Positions 1-10,363 of a stretch of 64,000 nt of DNA are shown here, one piece after another. The notes under the pieces were generated by a model that worked only from the letters and a program-made list of their open reading frames with translations, was not told the origin of the DNA and did not search any database. This stretch comes from Pseudomonadota bacterium (lineage in GTDB: Bacteria > Myxococcota > JACRCW01 > JAFGSX01). Every line of letters starts with the position of its first letter. Positions within the stretch are counted from its first letter, which is position 1. The DNA is taken from contig JBDRCO010000023.1 in the NCBI GenBank assembly GCA_043821645.1, positions 1 to 64,000 on the forward strand, given 5' to 3'. The position numbers were made by a program, and so were the translations under genes.

Positions 1-386
1 AGGACGTGGTCGCGCTCCATCAGATCGTCGAAATCGGACCGCGGGATGCTGAGGACCTCGGACTCGGTGTCGGCTGCGACTCGACCCGAGGTGAGCACGT
101 CGTCAACCAGGCTCATCTCGCCGAGCAGCTCGCCCGGGCCCACGCAGCCCAGAAAGGTGCTGCCCCGGGTCACCCGAAAGGTCCCGGCCTGCACGATGTG
201 CAGAGCCTCGCCGATGCCGCGCTCCTCGATGAGCACCTCGCCCTTTGCCAGGCGCCTCGACGTGGCGATGTTGAACAGCCTGCGTGTCTCCTCGAAGCTG
301 AGGGTCCGGAACAAGGGCAAGCGCTGAAAGAGCTCGACCCCGCGCATGTTCTCGAAACCGGGAAGGGTCACCGTGTCGTCGGGCAT
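1..386 (-). CDS. cyclic nucleotide-binding (cNMP/Crp-type) domain protein, 3' end beyond window edge
   Basis: Translated by hand (absent from ORF track): MPDDTVTLPGFENMRGVELFQRLPLFRTLS...GEVLIEERGIGEALHIVQAG...GPGELLGEMSLVD; AGGAG RBS upstream of ATG at 386. Confidence 0.85.
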   Translation of the reverse strand, partial: MPDDTVTLPGFENMRGVELFQRLPLFRTLSFEETRRLFNIATSRRLAKGEVLIEERGIGEALHIVQAGTFRVTRGSTFLGCVGPGELLGEMSLVDDVLTSGRVAADTESEVLSIPRSDFDDLMERDHV

Positions 387-938
387 GGCCTCGCTCCTGT
401 GCACCGTGGCTGTCGGCAGGAAGCATGCAGGCTATGGGTGGGGGGACTCTCCCGTCAAGGCGGGGAAAGCGTGTGCGGTCAGCCAGGTCGATCCACGGCG
501 TGTGGGATGCCACCGAGGATCACCTCGAGATTCTGTTTACCGAAGGCCTCGACAGGATGCGCAACTCCGAGAGGTGCGGGCTCCGCTGATGGGACCCCGA
601 CCTTGAGCATCGGTGCTGCAAATGACGCCAAGCCCCCCCCGGGGAGAACAATTGCATGCTGTCAGGTTGGTCCATCACCGCTGTAACGGTGACCTCCCCG
701 GTCTGCCGCCCCCATCATCGCCACGACCGCTGGCACTCTTGATTGATCTGGATCAAGCCATTCGGACTTCGTGCCCTGGAGTGGTAGTTCGGGCCGCGTC
801 GACGGGATCAGCGAGACCTCCTGCGACAGCATCCACCGCCTTCCAAGCCATCAGTCTGTTCTGCCCGGACAGCGGCCGAGAGCGGCACTGTGCGATCGGC
901 GCTTTCTGGACTAGGCTTGCGCCCCCGGAGGACCCGTC

Positions 939-2153
939 ATGCCCTACTTCGACGTGTTCAGTCCCTCGCGTGCCCGCGACGTTCGTGATGTGTCCCTGAC
1001 CCTCGAGGCGGCCAACTGGATGATGGCGCTGCGCGGCTTCTTGACCGGCCTGGGTCAGGATCCTGGCGAGCTGCAGGGCATGATGTGCGACGCTCGAGCC
1101 GACGGAAGCTTCGTGCTGACCTTCCCCAGCAGCAATCGCTGGTTTCGTATCCAGCCGAGCGATCACTCGGGACCCAGCCAGCAGCACATCGGCGATCACG
1201 ACGAGGATCACGAAACACGGTCGCAGGACGAGATCGTGACCGCCGACCGGCTCGAGCTCAAACCCATCACCGCCGAACTCGCACGCCGCGCCGAGGCCGC
1301 TGCGCACGACAAGGTCGAGGCTCCGGCGGCCCGCACCGCCACCGAGGCACCGCGGCCCATCTCGATGCCCGACGCACTTTTGCCGTCATCCACCCCTGAG
1401 CCACCGCAGGCTGCATCCGCCGAGGAGCCCGAGGGCGAAGAGGTGCCCCAGAGACAACTGCACGACACCGCGCCTCTGCCCGCCCTGGCGCTCAACGAGA
1501 CGACGGAGCCCGTGATCGATCCCTCGCCTCCCGAGCCCCCCACGATGCCGGAGGCAACGGACATCAAGCCGCCCTCAGTCACCCCGACCGAGACGCCACC
1601 CGTCGAGCCTGCCCAGGGCGCCAAGACCACCACCCGCACCTCGGTGCAGGTCGAGCAGATTCTCGAGGAGATCTTCGAGCGCTCGAGCGACTTCTTCAGT
1701 GCCGAGGTCAACATCGACCTCGTGGTCAGCATGTTCCTCGATCTGGCGATGGAGAAGATCCCGTCGCAGGCTGGTGCCTTTTACGCCGCCGACATCAGTG
1801 GACACGATCTGCAATACGCGGCCCTGCGCAGCCCGCGCGCGCGCAAGGTCCTGGCCTCGGGCAAGCGTGTGACCATTGGCGAGGGGGTGGCCGGTTTGTG
1901 CGCCCAGGAGAACATCACCCTGTGCATCAACGACCTGCCGCGCTATCCGGACCTCCATGACGATGTCGCGTTCATGTCGGGTATGGAGTCCCGTTCCACG
2001 GTGTGCGTGTCCCTGGAGCGCGAAGGGCGATGCTATGGCGCCATCCAGCTGGTCAATCGCCTGGCCGAGGACGGCTACGACCAGGACGACGTGAGCATCC
2101 TCGAGGCCATCGCCCACCACGTGTCCGAGATCCTGGCACGCGCCGCGGCGTGA
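939..2153 (+). CDS. GAF domain protein with N-terminal domain and Pro/Thr-rich linker
   Basis: C-terminal GAF motifs (IGEGVAG, SRSTVCVSL, GAIQLVNR); GGAGG RBS. Confidence 0.8.
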   Translation: MPYFDVFSPSRARDVRDVSLTLEAANWMMALRGFLTGLGQDPGELQGMMCDARADGSFVLTFPSSNRWFRIQPSDHSGPSQQHIGDHDEDHETRSQDEIVTADRLELKPITAELARRAEAAAHDKVEAPAARTATEAPRPISMPDALLPSSTPEPPQAASAEEPEGEEVPQRQLHDTAPLPALALNETTEPVIDPSPPEPPTMPEATDIKPPSVTPTETPPVEPAQGAKTTTRTSVQVEQILEEIFERSSDFFSAEVNIDLVVSMFLDLAMEKIPSQAGAFYAADISGHDLQYAALRSPRARKVLASGKRVTIGEGVAGLCAQENITLCINDLPRYPDLHDDVAFMSGMESRSTVCVSLEREGRCYGAIQLVNRLAEDGYDQDDVSILEAIAHHVSEILARAAA

Positions 2154-2162
2154 AGCCCCTCG

Positions 2163-2711
2163 TCACGTCGTCCGTTCGAACCACTTCTTCTGCCTGTCCT
2201 GCACCCAGCGATGTGCAGGGAGCGCGAAGGCCAGGCCGATGACCGTCCCTATGACCGCCCCGGCGAACACATCCGAGGGGTAGTGCACGCCGAGGAAGAT
2301 GCGCGACATGGCGATGGCGATGGCCAGCAGGTAGGCGGGTGCGGCCGCGCGAGGGATGAACAGCGTCAGCACCAGGGCTGCGGCAAAGGCGTTGGCCGCG
2401 TGAATGGACGGCATGCTGAAGCCCGTACCGCAGCCGGCAGGCGTGTACAGGGCCGGCTCGGTCATGCAGGGGCGGGTACGCTCTATCCACTTCTTGATGA
2501 CGTGGTGGCAAAGACCGTCGCTGGCCCCCACGGCGCCCCCCAGGGCCAGCAGCACCAGCCAGCCCGGGCGCTTTCGGTTCACCAGGAACAGTGCAAAAAC
2601 GCCGAGCAGACCAAAGCCCAGTACCGGGCTCGACAGGGCCACCATGAGCTTGTCGAGAAAGGGCACATCCCGGGTCAGCGTGTTCAGGGCGAAGACTGCA
2701 TCAAGATCCAT
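2163..2711 (-). CDS. PAP2 family membrane phosphatase (undecaprenyl-PP / phospholipid phosphatase-like)
   Basis: KxxxxRxRP, SMPSIH and SRIFLGVHYPSD motifs; hydrophobic helices; start set at MDLDAV. Confidence 0.9.
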   Translation of the reverse strand: MDLDAVFALNTLTRDVPFLDKLMVALSSPVLGFGLLGVFALFLVNRKRPGWLVLLALGGAVGASDGLCHHVIKKWIERTRPCMTEPALYTPAGCGTGFSMPSIHAANAFAAALVLTLFIPRAAAPAYLLAIAIAMSRIFLGVHYPSDVFAGAVIGTVIGLAFALPAHRWVQDRQKKWFERTT

Positions 2712-2761
2712 GCGAGCGTTTTCCTCCCATGGCGCCAGGGCACGCGCCCCTGGCCATGCCA

Positions 2762-3118
2762 TCAATCGTGCGTCACCTCGAGCCACAGCACGGCCGCCTC
2801 GGCGAGCATCGAGGACAGGCTGCGCTCTTCATCGTCACCGCGCTCGAGCAGAGCATCGACCAGATCCTCGGGCAAGGTCACCCGGATGCGGCGGCTGGCG
2901 CGAGCCAGGGGAACCGATGCCACCCACTCCTGGCCGGACGCCACCTTCTCGGTGTCCTCGGACTCGAGGACCCGCTGCGCCAGGGCGGGCTGATCCAGAC
3001 CTCCACCGGGCGTGAAGCGTGGCAAGTCCGTGCGCACGCTGGCCCGTTGCGCGACGGTGTGTCCACCGGGTGTGTGCTTGGGATGAAACGGGCGCGTGCG
3101 GCTGCGTTGCTTGCCCAT
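2762..3118 (-). CDS. small protein with probable C-terminal ribbon-helix-helix DNA-binding domain
   Basis: RRIRVTLPEDLVDALLERGDDEERSLSSMLAEAAVLWL fits the RHH/CopG pattern; co-oriented between asnS and the PAP2 gene. Confidence 0.5.
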   Translation of the reverse strand: MGKQRSRTRPFHPKHTPGGHTVAQRASVRTDLPRFTPGGGLDQPALAQRVLESEDTEKVASGQEWVASVPLARASRRIRVTLPEDLVDALLERGDDEERSLSSMLAEAAVLWLEVTHD

Positions 3119-3167
3119 GCGCGAACCCCCTGCAGCGTGTCGACGTGAAACGGAGACGAGGACGAAC

Positions 3168-4505
3168 TCAGGGCCGCAGCCTGTCCAGGGTGCGTGCAAA
3201 CGGGATGGTCTCGCGGACGTGGTGCAGGCCGCAGATCCAGCCCACGGTGCGTTCGAGGCCCATGCCGAAGCCCGCGTGGGGCACGCTGCCGTAGCGGCGC
3301 AGGTCCAAGAACCAGCCGAACTCCTCCATGGGAAGCTTGTGGCGTTCTATCTCGGCCACCAGCTTGCCCAGGTCGTCCTCGCGCTGGGCCCCGCCCACGA
3401 TCTCGCCATAACCCTCGGGCGCCAGCACGTCGACACCGAGGGCGATCTTCGGATTGTCCTCGGCCTTCTTCATGTAGAAGGCCTTGCACTCGGCCGGCCA
3501 CCTGTGAACCATCAGCGGCCTGTCGTAGCGCTTGGTCAGCTCGGTCTCGTGGGGCGAGCCAAAATCCATACCCCAGGTGATCTCGAGCTGCTGCTTGAGT
3601 TCGGGATCCTGGCAGGCCTCGCGGATCTCGGCGAGCTGCCTCAGGGCGTCGTCGTAGGTGATGCGCGGGAAGGGCTTCTGCACTTTCTCGAGAGGTGCCA
3701 GGTCGCGCTCCAGGCGCTCTTGCAGCTCCTTGCCGTGCACGTCGAGCACCCGCGCCACGATGCTGCACAAGAAGTCCTCGATCAACGCCATGTCACCGTC
3801 GAGATCCAGAAAGGCCGCCTCGGGCTCGACCATCCAGAACTCGGTGAGGTGGCGGCGGGTCTTGCTCTTCTCGGAGCGGAAGGTCGGACCAAAGCAATAG
3901 GTCTTGCCCAGGGCCATGCAGCCAGCCTCCTGGTACAGCTGACCGGACTGGCTCAGATAGGCCGTGGTGTCGAAGTACTTGGTCTCGAAGAGCGTGGTGG
4001 TGCCCTCGCAGGCCGCTGGCGTGAAGATGGGCGAGTCCATGCACACGAAGCCGTGGTCGTCGAGGTAGTCGCGAATGGCGCGGATGATGGTCGCGCGCAC
4101 GCGCAGGATGGTGTGCTGCTTGAAGCTGCGCAGCCACAGGTGACGGTTGTCCATCAGGAAGGCATCGCCATGGTCCTTCTTGCTGATGGGATACTCCTCG
4201 GCCGCCTGCACCACCTGTACCGCGGTCACACCCATCTCGTGGCCGCAATAGGGCGCGCGGTCGTCCTTGCGCACGGTGCCAGTGATAATGACGGAACTCT
4301 CCTGGGGGATGCGGTCTGTTTCCTCGAACAGGGCCTCGTCGACCTCGCCCTTGACCACCACGGCCTGGATGAAGCCGGTGCCGTCGCGCACTTGCAGGAA
4401 GCGCAGTTTCTTGGACGAGCGACGGTTGAACAACCAGCCCTTGAGAGTGACGGTCTGCCCGTCGTGAGCGCCGATGTCGCGGATGTAGACCTGCGGTGCA
4501 GTCAT
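3168..4505 (-). CDS. asnS: asparagine--tRNA ligase
   Basis: OB-fold N-terminus, [50 protein letters not shown]. Confidence 0.97.
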   Translation of the reverse strand: MTAPQVYIRDIGAHDGQTVTLKGWLFNRRSSKKLRFLQVRDGTGFIQAVVVKGEVDEALFEETDRIPQESSVIITGTVRKDDRAPYCGHEMGVTAVQVVQAAEEYPISKKDHGDAFLMDNRHLWLRSFKQHTILRVRATIIRAIRDYLDDHGFVCMDSPIFTPAACEGTTTLFETKYFDTTAYLSQSGQLYQEAGCMALGKTYCFGPTFRSEKSKTRRHLTEFWMVEPEAAFLDLDGDMALIEDFLCSIVARVLDVHGKELQERLERDLAPLEKVQKPFPRITYDDALRQLAEIREACQDPELKQQLEITWGMDFGSPHETELTKRYDRPLMVHRWPAECKAFYMKKAEDNPKIALGVDVLAPEGYGEIVGGAQREDDLGKLVAEIERHKLPMEEFGWFLDLRRYGSVPHAGFGMGLERTVGWICGLHHVRETIPFARTLDRLRP

Positions 4506-4674
4506 GTTTTTCTCCTCGAAAGAGGGCGCATCATAGGGCAGGGATCCGGGCCCGCCAAGTCACCTTGTAGCATCCACCAGCGACGGCCTCGAAACACTTC
4601 CCAAGCTGTTCCAAAACTGTATTCTCCGCGGCCGCCTGGCCGGCGTCCCGCGCCGTGCCTCTCCGGAGAAACGC

Positions 4675-5013
4675 GTGAGAACAGTGCTGCTGCTCCTGGC
4701 CAGCAACGTGTTCATGACCTTTGCCTGGTACGGCCACCTGCGCTTCAAGCACGTGCCCCTGTGGCAAGCCATCCTGGTGAGCTGGGGCATCGCCTTTTTC
4801 GAGTACTGCCTGCAGGTGCCCGCCAACCGCTGGGGGTACGGCCAGTTCAGCGCCACCCAGCTCAAGATCCTGCAGGAGGTCATCACCCTCGTCGTGTTCA
4901 GCGGCTTCTCCATCCTCTATCTCTCCGAGACCCCGCGCTGGAACCACCTGGTGGCCTTCGGCCTGCTGGTCGGCGCCGTGGTGTTCGCCTTCTTGCCCGC
5001 ACGCGCAGTGTGA
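4675..5013 (+). CDS. small DMT-superfamily membrane protein (DUF486-like)
   Basis: SNVFMTFAWYGHL, SWGIAFFEYCLQVPANRWG, QLKILQEVITL signature. Confidence 0.9.
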   Translation: MRTVLLLLASNVFMTFAWYGHLRFKHVPLWQAILVSWGIAFFEYCLQVPANRWGYGQFSATQLKILQEVITLVVFSGFSILYLSETPRWNHLVAFGLLVGAVVFAFLPARAV

Positions 5014-5139
5014 CCCGCCGGGTATCCCTGACGGTGAACTGACGACATGTGAACACGGGTTGACCCACATCAAGGTCCAGCGACCCGCCCGACGCTACCT
5101 TGTGATGGTCGCGCGGCGTCGCGCACCACGAGGTCCGTC

Positions 5140-6399
5140 ATGAGTGAAGCCTTGCAGGACAAGAAGCAGAAGATCGCCACCCTGGCATCCGTCATCCGCG
5201 GACTTCACGAGGGTGAGAGCCCGGACAGCGTGAAGCAGCGCCTCAAGCAACTGGTGCAGTCCACCACCTCGGACGAAGTGGTGGCCATGGAGCAAGCCCT
5301 CATGGACGACGGCATGTCCGTCGATGAGGTGCGGCGCATGTGCGACCTGCACAGCCAGGTGCTGCGCGAGGTCCTGGACGGCGATCCTCTGGGCAGCATC
5401 ACGCCGGGGCACCCCATAGACGTGTTCCGCCAGGAGAACCAGGCGCTGCGCGTCGAGACCGCGGCTTTGCGCCGCCTGGCCCAGGCCATCAGGACACCGG
5501 CCCTGCCCTCCTTGCCGGCCGAGGTCCTGGGTAGCCTGCGCTCCTGCGTCGATCGCCTGATCGAGGTGGAGAAGCACTACGCGCGCAAGGAGAACCTGGT
5601 GTTTCCGCTGCTCGAGCACAAGGGGATCAGCGGCCCCAGCCAGGTCATGTGGGCCAAGGATGACGAGGTGCGCGAGCTGCTCAAGGCCCTGCGCGAGGCC
5701 GTGGCCGAGGACGCCTCCGCGCTGGACATGGAGGGCTGGCGTTCGGTGGTCGACCACCTGGCCAGACCCCTGGCCGACGCTGTCGACGAGATGATGGTGA
5801 AGGAGGAGAAGGTCTTCTTGCCCACCGCCCTCGAGAAGCTAAACGCCGAGGACTGGGCCCAGGTGACCGCCGAGGGCCACCGCTTTGGCTACTGCCTCAT
5901 CACGCCTCCAGCGACGACAGACAGCGCGTCGACGCCGGACCAGTCCACGACGACGGACCGCGGCGGAACCGTGCGCTTCTCGGCAGGAGCTCTGAGCCCC
6001 GAGCAGCTGCGCGGGCTGATGACGGTGTTGCCCCTGGACCTGACCTTCGTCGACGCTGACGACAGGGTGGCCTTCTTCACCGAGGGTCAGCGCATTTTCC
6101 CGCGTCCCTCGACGGTGATCGGTCGCCAGGTGCAGCTGTGCCACCCACCCAGGAGCATGCACATCGTGCAAAAGATCCTGGACGACTTCCGCGCCGGCAG
6201 CCACGACCAGGCCGAGTTCTGGATCCAGATGCACGGCCGCTTCGTGCACATCCGCTACCTGGCCGTTCGCGGCGATCAGGACCAGTACCTGGGCTGCCTG
6301 GAGCTGACCCAGGACCTGACCACCCAGCGTGCGCTGCAGGGCGAGCAACGGCTCCTGTCCTACGGTAGCCAGGAAAAGGCCGCGGAGAACCCATCATGA
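5140..6399 (+). CDS. DUF438 / hemerythrin / PAS domain protein
   Basis: RMCDLH, GHPIDVFRQEN, HYARKENLVFP, PAS-type DLTFVDADDRV...CHPPRS. Confidence 0.88.
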   Translation: MSEALQDKKQKIATLASVIRGLHEGESPDSVKQRLKQLVQSTTSDEVVAMEQALMDDGMSVDEVRRMCDLHSQVLREVLDGDPLGSITPGHPIDVFRQENQALRVETAALRRLAQAIRTPALPSLPAEVLGSLRSCVDRLIEVEKHYARKENLVFPLLEHKGISGPSQVMWAKDDEVRELLKALREAVAEDASALDMEGWRSVVDHLARPLADAVDEMMVKEEKVFLPTALEKLNAEDWAQVTAEGHRFGYCLITPPATTDSASTPDQSTTTDRGGTVRFSAGALSPEQLRGLMTVLPLDLTFVDADDRVAFFTEGQRIFPRPSTVIGRQVQLCHPPRSMHIVQKILDDFRAGSHDQAEFWIQMHGRFVHIRYLAVRGDQDQYLGCLELTQDLTTQRALQGEQRLLSYGSQEKAAENPS

Positions 6400-6920
6400 C
6401 GACAGAGATCACACCGCAGACAAAGGTGGGCGAGTTGCTCAAGGACTCGCGGATCGAGCAGGCTCTGCTCGACTACCACCCGGCCTTTGCCAAGCTCAAG
6501 AACCCCATCTTGCGGCGTACCGTCGCCAGGGTGGCCACCCTGCGCCAGGCCGCCGAGGTTGCCGGAGTGGACGTCGGCGAGCTGGTGGCGACGTTGCGGC
6601 TCTCCGCAGGACAGTCACCAGTGCCTTCACCACCGCGGACCGTGCCCGGCGAAGACCAGGAAGCGGCCCCTGCCTGGACCGCCGCGGGCGAGGCCGTGGC
6701 GCGCATCGACGTGGATCAGGCTCTGGAGCGCGGCGAGCATCCACTGCCCGAGGTGCTTCGTCTGGCAGGCACGCTCGTGGGTTCACAGCGCATCGAGCTG
6801 GTCGCCTCGTTCAAGCCCGTTCCCCTCATCGACACCGTGGCCCAGCAGAATCTGCGCGTGGCCTGTGTGGTCGAGCCCGACGGCCGATTCCGCGTCCACG
6901 TGTCGGCGCAGGCCGTTTGA
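6396..6920 (+). CDS. DUF1858-domain protein
   Basis: ITPQTKVGELL...FAKLKNPILRRTVARVATLRQAA; ATGA overlap with upstream gene. Confidence 0.75.
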   Translation: MTTEITPQTKVGELLKDSRIEQALLDYHPAFAKLKNPILRRTVARVATLRQAAEVAGVDVGELVATLRLSAGQSPVPSPPRTVPGEDQEAAPAWTAAGEAVARIDVDQALERGEHPLPEVLRLAGTLVGSQRIELVASFKPVPLIDTVAQQNLRVACVVEPDGRFRVHVSAQAV

Positions 6921-7057
6921 CTCACTCCCGACCTCTCAGTATGGTCCGCCGACGGTGAGCAGGGGCGATCCAGGCCGGATTTCCCCCGGGCGTACGGGTG
7001 GGCTTGCCCTCCCATGGTGAGCGCGGGTCCTGTTCCAGGAACCGCCAAGGAGCGCAC

Positions 7058-7756
7058 ATGTCGAACGGATTTTTCGGCCGCGTGGCCAATCTGTGGAAGG
7101 GTTTCCTGAGCCTGTGGATCGCGGGCATCGAGAAGGAGCATCCGGAGATCGCCTACGAGAACGCGATCAACGCGATGATCACGAAGTACACACAACTCAA
7201 GAAAGCGACCGCCGCCATCGTTCGCCGGCGGGACGACGTCACCGAGCGGCTCAACAGCTCGCGCACGCAGCTCAAGCAGGTCGATGCCGACCTCAGCGCC
7301 GCCATCGCCACCGATCAGAAAGACCTGGGCGTCATCCTGATCCAGAAGAAACAGGCCCTGGCCGAGCAGGTGGCCGAGCTGGAGAGCGAGCTCATGCTGT
7401 CGGTGGCCGATGCGGACAGCGCCAAGGCCAGCCTGATGCAGGTGCAGGGCGAGATCAACAAGCTCAAGGCCGAGAAGGATCGCATGCTCGCCAAGCTGGC
7501 CAGTGCCCAGGCGCGGGTGCGGATCCAGGAACAGATCGAGGGTCTCAGCGTCGACGCCGAGGTCAAGGCGCTGGACGGAGTGCGCGAGCACATCAAGACG
7601 ACCGTGGCCGAGGCCAACCTCGGCGAGGAACTCGGCCAGACCGACCTCGACAAGCGACTGGCGAAGCTGCGCTCGACGGCTGGCAACGTCACCGCCAACG
7701 AGGAATGGGACAAGCTCAAGGCGGCCAAGGCCCAGGTCGCCACGCGGACCATCTGA
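7058..7756 (+). CDS. pspA: PspA/IM30 family protein (ESCRT-III superfamily)
   Basis: Amphipathic N-terminus [15 protein letters not shown]-x-P-E turn, ~230 aa all-helical coiled coil, [10 protein letters not shown]-terminal helix; AAGGAG RBS. Confidence 0.88.
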   Translation: MSNGFFGRVANLWKGFLSLWIAGIEKEHPEIAYENAINAMITKYTQLKKATAAIVRRRDDVTERLNSSRTQLKQVDADLSAAIATDQKDLGVILIQKKQALAEQVAELESELMLSVADADSAKASLMQVQGEINKLKAEKDRMLAKLASAQARVRIQEQIEGLSVDAEVKALDGVREHIKTTVAEANLGEELGQTDLDKRLAKLRSTAGNVTANEEWDKLKAAKAQVATRTI

Positions 7757-7832
7757 CGATCACTGCTGAGAAATACACCGAACCACATCTGGCCGCGATG
7801 ACTCCGAACAGGTCGCGGTCCGGGAGGGCGCC

Positions 7833-9488
7833 GTGAAACTCACGCCATTTGCCAAGGTCTTTGTCACCGTCATCGTGCTGGCCGTGCTGGGATTCGTTGC
7901 CTATTTCAAGTTCGGCGGCGACATCAAGGGTTGGGCCACCGACGGCCGCAGCGACCAGAAGGCCGAGGATCCGAACGGTACCGGCAGTGGGGCCGCAGGT
8001 GTGACCAAGGATGACTTCAACGCCCTGGGCACGGCGCCGGCGGATCCGACGCGCAACCAGCCCGTCACCGGCGTCACCGGTACCGAGGTGGGTGCAGGCA
8101 TGCTGGGCAGGCCCCTGGTGGTCGGTATCAACACCTGGGCGGGTCACTCACCCGGCGTGGTGTTCAACCGAGGCATGGAGCCCAGCGACAAGTCGCTGTA
8201 CAAGAAGGAGTTCGGTCTCGACGTCAAGTTTGTCTTGCTCGAGGACCCGGCCGCCAAGCTGGCCGCGTTCAAGAAGGGCGACGTCGACATCATGTGGGAC
8301 ACCGTCGACAACTGGGCGCGCGAGGCCTCGCTACTCAGCGAGACTAGCATGGCGGCCAAGTCGATCATCTTGCAGGACTGGAGCCGCGGCGGCGACGGCA
8401 TCGTGTCCCTGAAGAGCATCAAGTCCATCGAGGATCTCAAGGGCAAGACCGTGGCCTGCACCCAGTTCACGCCTTCGCATTTCTTGCTGCTGTTCCTGCT
8501 GTCGCAGTCCGGCTTGACGCCTCAGGACAGAGCCGCCGTCGAGAAGGCGATCATCTTCACCCAGGACGCTCCGGCCGCCGCGGCCATGTTCAAGGCCAAG
8601 CGCGTCGACGCGGCCGTGACCTGGGAGCCGGACCTGTCGGGCGCGGTCGAGGCCCGGGGCGACGAGGCCCACGTCCTGGTCTCCACCTCGGCAGCCACCC
8701 ACGTCATCGCGGACACCCTGGTGGCGCGCGGTGACCTCATCGACAAGGCCCCGGGCGCGGTCAAGGCCTTCGTCCACGGATGGATCAAGGGCATCGACCT
8801 GATGCGTGACGACCCGGCGTCGTCCTACGCCATCGTCGGCGACGCGCTCAAGCTCGATAACGAGACCGTGAGCGGCATGCTCAGTGGCCTCAAGCTCACG
8901 CCTTACGCCGACAATGCCCTGTTCTACGGCCTCACCGGCGGGCGCTCGCACTACGAGACCCTGTTCGACACCGCGTTCAAGATCTGGCGCAAGAAGGGCC
9001 TGGTCACCCGCGCGGTCGGTCCCCGGGACTACGTGGACACTCGCTTTTTGCAGGCCCTGGCCGGGCAGTACGCGACCCAGAAGGTCGAGGAGCCGCCGGT
9101 CGCGGCCAAGGCACCGGACATCAAGGACCGCGCCATCATCAACAAGACCATCCAGATTCACTTCACGCCGGCGTCGGACAAGATCATGGACGGCTCGTAC
9201 TTTGTCCTCGACTCCCTGGGCGAGACCATGGTGGCTTTCGGCAGCACCTACCTGAGGGTCGAGGGCAACACCGATTCGACTGGCTCGGCGGCGGCCAACC
9301 GGAGCCTGAGCGAGCGTCGCGCCATCGCCGTGCGCAACTACCTGACCAAGGAGTTCCCGCAGATCCAGGTGGAGCGTTTTCAGACCATAGGCCACGGCGA
9401 GGACCAACCGGTCGCGGATAACGCCACCGAGGCCGGACGCCAGCTCAACCGTCGCACCGACATCAAGGTGGTGCTGGCGACGAACTGA
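7833..9488 (+). CDS. NMT1/SsuA-type ABC substrate-binding protein fused to C-terminal OmpA-like peptidoglycan-binding domain
   Basis: N-terminal TM helix; [26 protein letters not shown]; OmpA motifs [24 protein letters not shown]. Confidence 0.9.
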   Translation: MKLTPFAKVFVTVIVLAVLGFVAYFKFGGDIKGWATDGRSDQKAEDPNGTGSGAAGVTKDDFNALGTAPADPTRNQPVTGVTGTEVGAGMLGRPLVVGINTWAGHSPGVVFNRGMEPSDKSLYKKEFGLDVKFVLLEDPAAKLAAFKKGDVDIMWDTVDNWAREASLLSETSMAAKSIILQDWSRGGDGIVSLKSIKSIEDLKGKTVACTQFTPSHFLLLFLLSQSGLTPQDRAAVEKAIIFTQDAPAAAAMFKAKRVDAAVTWEPDLSGAVEARGDEAHVLVSTSAATHVIADTLVARGDLIDKAPGAVKAFVHGWIKGIDLMRDDPASSYAIVGDALKLDNETVSGMLSGLKLTPYADNALFYGLTGGRSHYETLFDTAFKIWRKKGLVTRAVGPRDYVDTRFLQALAGQYATQKVEEPPVAAKAPDIKDRAIINKTIQIHFTPASDKIMDGSYFVLDSLGETMVAFGSTYLRVEGNTDSTGSAAANRSLSERRAIAVRNYLTKEFPQIQVERFQTIGHGEDQPVADNATEAGRQLNRRTDIKVVLATN

Positions 9489-9564
9489 GCCTCGACCGCG
9501 GGCAGCGCTCGATCGGTAGCGACGATCTGTCGCCGGTTCTTGGGGATGTGACGACGAGGTCACC

Positions 9565-10359
9565 ATGGCACGATCGCGTGAGCTGTTCGCCCTGCGCGGT
9601 ACGCTCGAGAGGTCGCACAAGACCGTACTGATGTTCGTGGCTCCGGCCCTGGTGCTGGGCACCTGGTGCCTGCTGAGCTATGGCGGCTTGACCTCGCCGG
9701 ACTTCTTGCCGTCTCCCAGCGACGTCATCAAGGGCACCCTGCAACTCTTCATCGAGCACGATCTGGCCCTGGCCATCTGGATCTCGACCCGCCGCATCCT
9801 GCTCGCCTTCCTGCTCGCTTCCGCCGTGGCCTTCCCCCTGGGCATCCTCATGGGTTCGTTCTCGCCCGTCGAGGCGGTGTTCGAGCCCATCGTGGCCCCC
9901 TTGCGCTACATGCCCATCTCGGCCTTCATCCCCCTGCTCATCCTATGGTTTGGTATCTTCGAGGCCGAGAAGATCGCGTTCTTGTTCCTGGGTACCTTCG
10001 TCTACCTGTTGCCTGTCGTCGTCACGGCCGTCAAAGCCGTGCCTCAGGAACTGGTACAAACCGCGCGGACCCTGGGTGCCAGCACTTTCCAGGTCATCCG
10101 CACGGTGCTGGTGCCTCGGGCCCTGCCCGAGATCTTCGACTCGTTTCGCGTCATGAACGCCATTGCCTGGACGTACGTGATCCTGGCCGAGGCCGTGAAC
10201 CCCATGCACGGCCTGGGCTACATGGTCGAGCTGGCGCGCACGCACAGCAAGCCGTCGTGGAGCTTCGCCGGTCTGCTGGTCATCGGCGGCATCGGCCTGT
10301 TCACGGATTTCCTGATCCGGACCATGTCACGCATGCTGTTTCGGTGGCGGGAGTGGTGA
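9565..10359 (+). CDS. ABC transporter permease (SsuC/TauC type)
   Basis: FLPSPSDV, LRYMPISAFIPLLILWFG, ARTLGAS EAA-like loop, AWTYVILAE. Confidence 0.93.
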   Translation: MARSRELFALRGTLERSHKTVLMFVAPALVLGTWCLLSYGGLTSPDFLPSPSDVIKGTLQLFIEHDLALAIWISTRRILLAFLLASAVAFPLGILMGSFSPVEAVFEPIVAPLRYMPISAFIPLLILWFGIFEAEKIAFLFLGTFVYLLPVVVTAVKAVPQELVQTARTLGASTFQVIRTVLVPRALPEIFDSFRVMNAIAWTYVILAEAVNPMHGLGYMVELARTHSKPSWSFAGLLVIGGIGLFTDFLIRTMSRMLFRWREW

Positions 10360-10363
10360 AGCC

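Noticed and set aside
387-938. ncRNA or sigma54 promoter in the long divergent intergenic region
   Set aside because: TGGCAC near 730 has the wrong -12 spacing and no recognisable RNA family motif was found
4506-4674. Guanidine riboswitch upstream of the small DMT gene
   Set aside because: No paired ACGR-loop hairpins or ykkC-type consensus could be identified
3096-5042. Long alternative ORFs (also 8331-9662, 12000-13568, 31816-34203, 51533-53443, 53148-54902, 57992-59908)
   Set aside because: Antisense or shadow frames of well-supported genes, expected in high-GC DNA
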